Shown here one piece after another: positions 1-10,400 of a stretch of DNA of 64,000 nt (position 1 is its first letter; the number at the start of each line of letters is the position of its first letter). The notes below the pieces were generated by a model. That model was not told where the DNA came from and made no database searches. It was given only the letters and a program-made list of their open reading frames with translations. Made by a program: the position numbers and the translations under genes. Location: assembly GCA_964188305.1 (NCBI GenBank), contig OZ076892.1, one strand, 5' to 3'. This DNA is from Podarcis bocagei (lineage: Eukaryota).

Positions 1-270
1 TATTTCAAAAATGGCTTAAGGGTCATGATAAGTAACAAACTTAAAGCCCCAAAAGGTTAACAATTATTTGTGGATCTGCAAACAGTGAGGAAGGGTAACA
101 AATAGGAACAGAGAAGAAGAGATTTCTGGGCAGATTGCAGAGATTGCTTGTAGAATTTATAGAGGATCCAGGGTGTCATTGGGAAAGGGGAATATCTGCT
201 TTGCAAGCAGAAGGTCCCAATTTCCATCTCCAGGCCAGGCTCTGAGAGACCCCTGTCTCAAACTCTAGAG

Positions 271-521
271 CAGGGGTCAGCAACCTTTTTCAGCTGTGGG
301 CCGGTCCACCGTCCCTCAGACCGTGTGGTGGACCAGACTATATTTTGAAAAAAAGATGTGAACGAATTCCTATGCCCCACAAATAACCCAGAGATGCACT
401 TTAAATAAAAGCACACATTCTACTCATGTAAAAACACGCTGATTCCCAGACCATCTGTGGGCCGGACTGAGAAGGCGATTGGGCCGCATCTGGCCCCCGG
501 GTCTTAGGTTGCCTACCCCTG
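271..521. mobile_element. hAT (Charlie-like) MITE
   Basis: TIRs CAGGGGTCAGCAACCT / AGGTTGCCTACCCCTG; 8-bp TSD CTCTAGAG / CCCTAGAG. Confidence 0.85.
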
Positions 522-1118
522 CCCTAGAGAGCCATTGCTAGTCAGTGCAAACAGTACTGGGCTTAGATGGACCAATGCTCTGAATTGGTGCAAGGTAGCT
601 TCCTATGTAATCCTGGAATGAAGATCTGCCAGCTGAGGGGCTTTAGGATTCTGCCCCATTGCATAGGCAGAACAGCAGATACACCCATGCAGTGGGAAAC
701 GTGCTGCAGAACGACCCAAACATGCCAACCAAATGGCTGAAATGGGGGGGCAGAGTTGCATGCAAGACATGGGCCCAAGAACACTCAGTGAGACCATGGC
801 ACCATCTAGCTCAGTATAGTCTACACTGACTGGCAGCAGCACTCCGGGATTTCAGCACCCATCTCTCCCACCCCTTCCTGGGGATCGAACCTTCTGCATG
901 CGAAGTGTGTGCTCTACCACTGACCCACAATCCTTCCTCACATGTGTTCCATCCCAGATTGTAAGTCCTTTGGGGCAGAGACCTGTTTTCCTTTACTTTG
1001 GAAGAGTGTCATGCAATTTCATCATGCTGCATAAACAAAAGAAATAACAGTACTGTACAGCAAAGAAGGCATTTCAGACAAAACAACGCCCTTCATGAAA
1101 CTGCATGGGTCTCCACTT

Positions 1119-1123
1119 ACACA

Positions 1124-1198
<75 letters not shown>
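1119..1198. repeat. Compound microsatellite (AC)n(AG)n
   Basis: Directly visible; source of the THTH/ERER spurious ORFs. Confidence 0.97.
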
Positions 1199-1201
<3 letters not shown>

Positions 1202-2160
1202 ACAGTTGAAATTAATCTGTGTGGTGTGTTCAGAGCTATTTCCAGGGCCTGGAGCATCTGTGGCAATTAATCCCCTCTAAAAGAAACTGACGCTCAAAGG
1301 AATTCACACTGCGGTGAAGTCTTACACATGTTACAATGTCAACTATGAATTTCCAAAGCTCAGATTCTTCGCTGCTTTCTGGTATGTAAACCAACCAAAG
1401 ACTGCATGACTGTCTTCCACACTAGTGCAATGATGATGCGTCTAAGTTTTTGACAGATTATCTCTTTGGGCTTCTACATACCATTAGTGAATGTATGTTT
1501 AACCCTATTTTAGCCTGCATGGAAAAGTCTGCCAGGCCCCCATTGAAAATTTATAGTAAACACAGGTCCTGCTTTCTCAATACAATGCATTCCCAGAAAA
1601 TCATTCATTAGGTGAGCTGACAATTTCTATTATTTCCTATGGAAACATTTCTAATCTATGATTTGCCTGATTTTTCCCTCTCTGTCTGCATGGTTTCTGC
1701 CCCAAACTGCTACAGCCAACAGGCAAAAGACAAACAAAGGAAAAAACAATTTGCCCAATTTCTCCTATTCCTTGATTTGGCTGATCTGCCTGAAATGGCT
1801 GCCATTGACCAGCACAGCAAGTAAGGAAATGGGCAAACTCCAGCTGTTCGGATATCTGAATCAGCATTTGTGTAGAAAGGTTTGGGAATAATTATTTGTG
1901 CTTGGATAACTGAAATTTCACATAACAAGTGCTCTGATAGTGGGACCTGTGTACAATATCCAGACCACAAGGCTTAGCTGTTGTGTAAGCTATGGTTTGT
2001 TTAAGAACTATGGCTTGTTTCTCCAAAGTTTGTCTTGTTTTGCAGCTGTTCTTGCCTTATGAAGACTGTGATTTGGTGAGAGTCTGGGAGGGGGTGGTCA
2101 ACAAACCATGGTTAAGGAAGCATGCTGGGTTCACACATAACATCAAGCTATAGTTAAAAC

Positions 2161-2525
2161 GAGGGACGCGGGTGGCGCTGTGGGTAAAACCTCAGCACCT
2201 AGGACTTGCCGATCGCATGGTCGGCGCTTCGAATCCCCGCGGCGGGGTGAGCTCCTGTCGTTCGGTCCCAGCTCCTGCCCACCTAGCAGTTCGAAAGCAC
2301 CCTTAAGTGCAAGTAGATAAATAGGTACCGCTTTATAGCGTGAAGGTAAACGGCGTTTCCGTGTGCTGCTCTGGTGCCGGTTCGCTGGAGCAGCTTCGTC
2401 ACACTGGCCACGTGACCCGGAAGTGTCTGCGGACAGCGCTGGCTCCCGGCCTCTAGAGTGAGATGAGTGCACAACCCTAGAGTCTGTCAAGACTGGCCCG
2501 TACGGGCAGGGGTACCTTTACCTTT
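2161..2525 (+). mobile_element. Sauria SINE (full length)
   Basis: tRNA-like head GGGACGCGGGTGGCGCTGTGG..TTCGAATCC, (ACCTTT) tail, 12-bp TSD TATAGTTAAAAC at 2149-2160 and 2526-2537. Confidence 0.92.
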
Positions 2526-3040
2526 TATAGTTAAAACAAACCAAAGTTCACAAACCAACAACAATACATTGTCACCAGTAAACAAACCATAGTTAATGGT
2601 TTCACACAGTTCACACAGTTCACACAGAATGCTAAGCCATGGTTTAATAACCCATAACAACAGTTTAGCATTATGTGATTACCAGGCACACAGGTGTGGG
2701 GTTTTTTTAGAGGTGCCAAGCAGCTTTGCCCTGTGTGTGTGTGAGAGAGAGAGAGAGAGATGATAACCATACTAGTGTCTGATATGCTGTTGCTGTTGTT
2801 AAATGGGGTAAATCGGTAGTCCAATTTCCAGGAAAGATTTCAAATAGCTGTCAAATAACTCAATAAATTAATTTGCACAAAATGTGGAGCAGCTGCACAT
2901 GACAGATCAGTTATTGTTTCTGAGAGTGACCGGAAGAGGTTGTGTTGCTGGTGATCAAGAGACTCATATGGCTTAGCTTTTGCTGAGTTTTACATTTGAG
3001 ACTGCAGTTAAGGGACCACATGTCTAAATGCTTCCCCATT

Positions 3041-3282
3041 CAGTGGTACCTCAGGTTACATACGCTTCAGGTTACGTACGCTTCAGGTTACACACTCCAC
3101 TAACCCAGAAATAGTGCTTCAGGTTAAGAACTTTGCTTCAGGAGAAGAACAGAAATTGGGCTCCGGTGGCATGGCAGCAGCAGGAAGCCCCATTAGCTAA
3201 AGTGGTGCTTCAGTTTAAGAACAGTTTCAGGTTAAGAACGGACCTCTGGAATGAATTAAGTACTTAACCTGAGGTACCACTG
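3041..3282. mobile_element. Tc1/mariner (Tigger/pogo-like) MITE
   Basis: TIRs CAGTGGTACCTCAGGTTA / TAACCTGAGGTACCACTG followed by TA; internal CTTCAGGTTA repeats. Confidence 0.85.
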
Positions 3283-3402
3283 TATTAGAATTTAAAAAAG
3301 AAAACTGCCCTGGGCATGAAAAAATATTCCACTGACCTAAAGAGTAAAAGGTGTAAAGCTGTTCTGTTTTTGAATCTGACAGTGTTATCCACCACTGAAC
3401 TA

Positions 3403-3758
3403 CAGTGGTGCCTTGCAAGACGAAATTAATTAGTTCCGCGAGTTTTGTCGTCTTGCGATTTTTTTTCTTCTTGCAAAGCATGGTGTCAGGAAAGTTTTGG
3501 AAAAGCTTCAAAAATCACCAAAGTCTTTAAAAACCTCAAAAAAGGCTACCACACCGCATTCTATGAGTTGCTCCTCAAAGTCAAGTCGCAACTGTATTAA
3601 CGGTGTTAAGAAAAAGGAAACAAACTTGCAAGACGTTTCCGTCTTGCGAAGCAAGCCCATAGGGAAAATCGTCTTGCGAAGCAGCTCAAAAAACAAAAAA
3701 CCCTTTCGTCTAGCGAGTTTTTTGTCTTGCGAGGCATTCGTCTTGCGAGGTACCACTG
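3403..3758. mobile_element. Tigger/pogo-like MITE
   Basis: TA TSDs; TIRs CAGTGGTGCCTTGCAAGACGAA / TTCGTCTTGCGAGGTACCACTG; internal CGTCTTGCGA repeats. Confidence 0.9.
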
Positions 3759-5846
3759 TATGCCTCTCTGGAGAAGACTCACAGTTCATAGCACATTCTT
3801 TCCGTGAAGAAGGTTCTAGGTTTAATCTCTGTCCTCCCCAGGTGGGACTGGGAAAGACCCCTGTCTGAGACCTTGGAAAGCCATTGCCCGTAGGTGTAGG
3901 CCAGGGTGCCCTCCAGTTGCTGTTGGACTCCAACTACCACCATCCCTGTCCCTTGGTAATATCAACTGGAGATGCTGGGAGTTGGTGTCCAACAACATCT
4001 GGAGGGTGCAATGTTGGCTACCCCTGATGGAGACAATACTAAGCAAGATGGACCAATGGTTTGATGGGGTTATGTAGCCTCCTCTATTCCTCTGCCTCCC
4101 TTGGAAGGAGAGCCTGCACATTCCTACCCACTTGGAGATTGAGCCTGCCACGTTGAGGTTATTAGCATCATGCCCTGACCACCTGAACTACCTGTGCAAC
4201 TGGCAGGGATGCACCTAGGGATTGGTCAGGTTGGTCCCCGCCAAGGATGCAGGTCCAAGAGGGCACAAAAATTGTGAAGGACAAGCTGGCGATTGCCAAG
4301 GGCGCAAGGGAATGTGATGCAGATACTGCTCCTTGCTAGGGGTCCCAAGGAGCCTAGGTACACCTCTGAACTGGTTTAGAGTTTCCTGAACAGAAGGTGT
4401 GGCTTCCACCTTTGAATCTCAAACCCTCTCCTCTTAGCACAGCTTATGAACGCTGAGAAATAAATAGGCAAAATGTGGGGGGGGGGTTTAAATCTCATCT
4501 AACTTTTTAATATAAAAAAGTTTTGATTTCTCCATTATTTCCCAAATAAGTGATTTTGCCATAATGAAGTAAAACGGCAACCTTAGCAAATAGCTTTATC
4601 ACTGGATAAACTCAAAGCCAACGACTACAGAGACTCCTCATAAAACAACTGTTTGAAAGACTATTTCTTCCCACTTTAATAACTCAGCAGCTTAGCCGAG
4701 CTCTTAACAAGTTCCAGGGTTATTAAATAATCCAGCAAGTTACATTATCTGAAATAGAAATCCACATTTCATTAATGCGGAAATGCTGAATGCGACGGGT
4801 CCATTTTTCCTTTGCATATTACACCACCAAGTGGATGGAAGAATAAGGAGATAGGAGGCCATTCACCGGCATCCTCAAGAGACACGAATGAGACAGAGGA
4901 GCTGCACATTGAGGAAGGTGGGTTCTTAAAAAATAAAGATAAACAAGAATCCCACTGAGGCACAACATACGTTTGGTTGGCCATCTCATAACATCTCGCC
5001 AGTCGTGAATATAATGCTTCATATGGGTTTCCTTCCTCCATTTGTTTTGCAGGTGTATTTTAGACTGTTTCCAAACAGGGGCTTAATATAAAGCAGGTAT
5101 TGGGGGACCTTTGGCCTTCCAGATTTTGCTGAACTACAACTCCCATCGTCTGTGGCCACTGGCCATGCTTGCTAGGGCTGATGGGAGGTGTGCTAGATCA
5201 GCAGATCTCCTGTACTGGTTGGGTTACTGGATTAGCTGATCTTCGAGGTCCCACTAACATTGTGACTCTATGGGCCCAATTCAGGAGACCCTAATTCCTA
5301 AGGCAAGCTCTGATTTTGATTCTCTTCTTTTTGCAAAAAAAGGAAGTCGATTATATAAGATGCAGATTGATGGTAAGCATCCACTGAAAGTGGCAACTCA
5401 ACCGACAGAATGGCTTCCGTTAATCGCATAACTTCCACGGTGGAAAGACATGTGTATCGGTTATTCATGGCTACGAGAGAATGAAGCAGGATTACATTCC
5501 ACGCACCCCACCTCTCCCACCCTTCACAATAATCTCCGTTTCTTCATGGCTAATGACTCGCCGTTTGTTTGCAAATGGGATTTCAAACTCCATAGTACTC
5601 CAACCTAAAATGCGAACAATGAGGATGGGGGGAAACGCTGGAGAAGAAGTGTATGGAAAAAGGAAGCCTCTCTCTCTCTCACACACACACAGCAGCCGGT
5701 GGTGGAAACAAACCTGCCTGTGCTTTGCTAGGTACGCTTAATAGTATTATTAGAAAAGAGTTTCCCCAACATCCGTAGTTAAAAATGCGCACCTGCAGAA
5801 CACCTTCAGAACGAATGACTAAGAATACATTTCCAAATGCTACAGG

Positions 5847-5993
5847 CAGTGGCGTAGCGTGGGTTGTCAGCACCCGGGGCAAGGCAAGTAATTTGCGCCC
5901 CCTAACCCGTGGATTTGCGCCCCCTAACCCTAACCCCCAGATGTTGTGCCCGGTGCGGCCGGCCCCCCCTGCACCCCCCACGCTACGCCACTG
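5847..5993. mobile_element. hAT MITE, 147 bp, containing CCCTAA motifs
   Basis: Perfect 17-bp TIR CAGTGGCGTAGCGTGGG; perfect 8-bp TSD GCTACAGG (5839-5846, 5994-6001). Confidence 0.92.
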
Positions 5994-6953
5994 GCTACAG
6001 GTGCTTCAGCACTGGGCATTTATTGTCCAACAGCCACACTATGTTCACTCACTCTTTACAGGTCATCTGCATGATGTAGGAATGTATCAGGCCTATGGGT
6101 GGAAGAACGTGTCAACTTTGGTTTCACTCAGTTTCTCATTTTTCCAGTCTCCAGTTCTCCACATTCCCGTATCAGTTTCCACTTGGGAGAAAAATCCTCA
6201 TCACTATTTCAGTGTGAATTTATCCTAATAAACACATTTTTGTGTGTAATGTTGCCTAATATACACTTTTATTTTTGCAAAGCGGTATCTCCAAAAACAA
6301 TGCACTTTTCTTTGATATTTTCACTAATATACACATCTTTATGAACACTTTACCCTGGTATATACATTTTTTTGTACACATCACTTGAATGCAGAAAAGC
6401 ATTGCAAAATTTGGAGAGGTGCAAATGTTGAAGGACAGCTACTTTTCAGTTCATGCATTGTATTGAGAAATGTGAAACAGGTAGCTTCTCCTTTAAATGC
6501 AAACTTAATCTAATTTCTCCGCCATCCCTGATTTAGGTCGTAACTGTACATTACACAGTGCACCCACCCAGGCCTGCGGAGCTGAAAAGCAACTTGCCTG
6601 CTTAGCTATGTAGGCATCTCCTATAGAAATGTCACAAACCTCTAGCTGTGTGTGCAGTCTGCTCCTCCCTGCATCCTGAACACATCACTTTGCAAGCATC
6701 TATCCAGTTCATTGTGGCATAAGCTGTCACAGGCAACGACAGTCTTCATCAAATGCATGTCACATCTGCGACAAAACAGGACCACCAAGCGTTTATCGTG
6801 TGCCTTGAAGAACCTTTAGTTGCTCAGAGATTTGCCAGTTTCATTACAAGTCCTGTACAGATCAGTAAGTCCTTGTTCTAAATAAAAATCAATGTGTGAT
6901 CTTAGCTACCTCTCGCGTAAAGCTAAGTTTGACAAAAGGGGAGGGATATGAGA

Positions 6954-6991
<38 letters not shown>

Positions 6992-7117
6992 TCCCGCTTT
7001 TCAGCACACAATGTCTTGTTATGCTGCTGTCCGATGAAATCCAAAACCTGGAAGGCATTATGCTAGTTGTCACCTACAGATATTTAAAATGTATAGATTT
7101 CTGCAACAGTGGATTCA

Positions 7118-7520
7118 GGTTTTGTTTTGTTTTTTTATAAAATTTTTTATTGGGTTTTCAAATTTTTTTAAAAAAAACAAACACACAAAAATACGACAAA
7201 AACAAAACAAAACAAGCATATTCTCAAAACCTTACTTTCCTAACCTTATTCCCTGGACTCCCCCCCACCCCCCTTCTTACATCCCAATTCCCATAATTGA
7301 GCCAGCAAGTTCTAACTTCTCCTCCTTAACCTATAGATTAATATTTTTAATATAACTCTTCCTAATTAACTCCATTTTTCTTATCCCCATCTCTTATAAA
7401 CATTTAGATTTTTCCCTAAGGTCGACCCAAGTTCCCTTCCCCGATTTCATTTTTGTATTAAATATAGGCCCTATTCACCCGACCCAAAGTTCATAAACAT
7501 TTATACAATTCTGCTTTCCC
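7118..7520 (-). mobile_element. Probable L1-type 3'UTR fragment
   Basis: T-rich tail and TTTATT at the left end; composition resembles the 3'UTR of the L1 at 50.2-50.6 kb; boundaries approximate. Confidence 0.45.
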
Positions 7521-8465
7521 CTCCCCCCCCCCCCAGGTACTGGTCCCTTCTCAAATACAGGTCAACAGTAGTTTCTAGCCTGGATTCCTCACGTCCGAGG
7601 CTTTCAAGTCTCTTTCAGTTCCTCTCCACCGGTTTTGTTGGAAATCCTTTATATTGGTCATCAGATCTCGAAGCAGTTCAGTCTCCATCACTCCAGTTTT
7701 TCTTCCCACCAGGATGCTTGATAGGTTTTGTTGCTGTTGAAAGGAAACCACTGTATACAAAAAGGAGGGGAAAGGGGATTTCGGTCAGGGTAAGTATTCC
7801 AGCTTTCTCATGTTTACATCTGTGGCATTACTTAATCCATTATGTTCAAGCAGACCGGTGAAGATGGGGGGGAAGACGTGGAGCCCTGGTGGATCAAACC
7901 AAAAGTCCATCTAGCCCAGTGTATTTTGTTTCCGACAGTGGCCAATCAGATGCCTTCAGGAAGTCTAGAAGCAGATCGTGGAGGCAATATTCCTCTTTTG
8001 CTGTTTCTGCCAAGCGACCAGTATTTACTAATACAGGTGGGGTCTGCAACAAAACGTTGCAGCGTGAAGAGCTTCTGCTAAGGTTTCAGCCAGCAACAGT
8101 GCCCTCCTGGAAAAATAGGAAGCTGCCTGATAGTGAGTCAGACCACTGGTCCATCTAACTCAGCATTGCCTACACGGCCCAGCAAAGGTTCTCCAGGGTT
8201 TCATAGAGGGAGTCTTTCCCAGCCGTACCAGAAGATGCCAGGATTGAACTAGGGACTTCTCGCATGCAAGGCAGATGCTCTGCCTCTGAGTTACAGCCCT
8301 TCTCCATAACATGCAATGGGGAACATAGGAAACTGCCTTACACTGAATAAAACCCATTGGAAGTCCAAAGGTTTTCCACCTCTGCTTTAAGCAGATATGG
8401 GGTCTCCCACCTCCCCTACTAGCTTGGAACATTTTATGTGGAGTTGCCAGAGATTGAGCCTAGGG

Positions 8466-8618
8466 CATAGGAGCCAATTCCTAGGGGCCGAGGGGGCTTC
8501 GCCTTCCCCCAATAAAATATTGCATTGCCATTCAAATGGTCGGCATGCACCATGTCATGTGATTGAATATGCAGGGCAGTCCCCCCCCCCCAATATTTTA
8601 TTCAAGTTGGCACCGCTG
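8466..8618. mobile_element. hAT-like MITE (second copy ~26634-26821)
   Basis: The two copies share CATAGGA.CCAA.TCC...CCCCAATATTTTATTCAAGTTGGCAC; degenerate 8-bp flanking duplications. Confidence 0.6.
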
Positions 8619-9399
8619 GCCTTGAGTCTTCTGCATGCAGACTATGTGTACTACCCCTGAGACATCGGCCTTTTTCATCACAAGGCACTTCTGGGTATGC
8701 GCCAAGGCAGTCAGTATGATAGTTACCAAAATTCTGGGGCAATGTGGTATGATTAATATTAATAAAATTTCTATGCCACCCTTCACCCGAAGATCATAGA
8801 GTGGTTTACAATATAAAAATACATGATATACTAACAAACAAACAAAAATAACCTGTTCCCCACAATTTAAAAGGACATAGATTGCTTAGTTAGCCAAAGG
8901 CCTGGGAGAAGAGGAATGCTTTTGCCAGGTGCCTAAAGATATGTAAGGAAGGCACACAGGTGAGCAAGGATGAATGGGCTTAAAGGGGCGTGGGATGCAG
9001 AAAGTTCATGAAAAGTAAACTGTACACTAGGTTCAGTTTATAAAAGTATTTATGAGTTGCCTATTGGCTCAAAAAGAGCCTCCAAGACGACTTATGATTT
9101 AAAGACTTTAACCTAAAAACTTTAAAATAATCTGTTCTTATCCAGACGAAAGAGCAAGCAAGCAAACAAGCAAGAACCCACTCTGAAATCTTATCTATTT
9201 CCCACAGAATTGATTTGGTAAGACTTGTATATTGTTTCACACTTTAAAAAAAATTCTCAAAGAAATTTATAATGCACTTAATTCAAGAAAACCGCTTATA
9301 AGGCACTTAGAAGTTTTATTACAATCAAAGGACATAGAAATTAAGTACTGTACATAAATTTGAAGTAAATAAATGAAAACACGAATGCACCATATAAAT

Positions 9400-10400
9400 C
9401 GCCTGCTGTGTGTCCCCATGGGGAAGAACAAGGCTCAAGCGGCGACGGCGCCGCTGTAGTGGCGCGCTGGAGCCGCCAGGGGACACCATTCATCTTACGA
9501 GGCACCTTACTAGTGCCGCTCTCTGCCCTAGTCTCTTCCTTGTGCTTTTTTCTTCCTCCTCTCCCCCCTCCCCTTCGATTCGGGCCTATGAGATAGAGTG
9601 ATAGAAGGGCACACAACTTCAGCTTCCGAGTTCTGTTACCTTTTTCCCCTTTGGCTTTATCTGAACTGTTATATGTCACGTTGTCAACGCACAACTGGTC
9701 TCTGTGGATACTTTGAGCAGACCCACTGAAATTAATGGACTAACTCGTGCCCCTTAACTTCAGCGGATCCACTGTGAGTAGGACGAGAGCTGGTTACTGC
9801 GCGGGGGAGGTGGGGTGGCGGATAAAGGGAAGAGCGAGGCAGGGACACGCGGCTTTTTAAACGGAGCTCCGCCCAAACCCTCGTTTTATCCGTTCGCGTC
9901 CTGTCTCTTCCTCCGCAGGGGTCGGGAGGCAGGGAGAAGAGAGACGGCTGCCAACGCGAGCGCGGAAGCTGCTCAGCCGGACAAGGCGTTAGGCCGCTCT
10001 TCCATTTACTTCTATATCTGTGCTCCCCTCTCCCTCCGCTTTGCGCTCGGCCTTCCTCTCGCGAGAATAAGCGAAGCGCGGCGGGAGGAGGGCGAGACTT
10101 GGCGGAAAGAGGGAAGGAGCGTCTCTTCGGCGGCCGCGGCGCCTGCGTTCGGGCCATGGGCAAGAAGCACAAGAAGCACAGGGGGGAGAAGTACCCGTAT
10201 GAAGGTGCCGCCCCCCCCTCCTTCCTCCCGGGGCTGCTACATAGGTTGATAATGAGGGGGCGGTGGGTTGTGTGGTGCTGTTGTGTGGAGTGTATGTGTG
10301 TGTGAGAGAGAGAGCGTCTGGTGTGTTTGTGGTCCTCCACGGTCCACTTCGAAGCCGTGGGTCGGGGCGGGAGTCGTTCTGTGAGGGAACCGGATTCTGA
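9400..10400 (+). promoter_or_regulatory. CpG-island promoter / first exon region of BRD7
   Basis: Abrupt GC and CpG enrichment; GC box CTCCGCCC ~9867; ETS-like CGGAAG ~9962; palindrome TCTCGCGAGA 10057-10066; strong Kozak GCCATGG at 10153-10159. Boundaries approximate. Confidence 0.85.
10156..10204 (+). CDS. BRD7: BRD7 coding exon 1 (MGKKHKKHRGEKYPYE)
   Basis: ATG in Kozak context, 49 nt, donor G|GTGCCG, phase 1. Confidence 0.93.

Noticed and set aside
998-1280. ORFs with THTH/ERER tracts
   Set aside because: Translations of the (AC)n(AG)n microsatellite.
9732-10340. 202-aa antisense ORF and other ORFs over the BRD7 promoter
   Set aside because: Typical stop-poor GC-rich CpG-island sequence; no recognisable domain.
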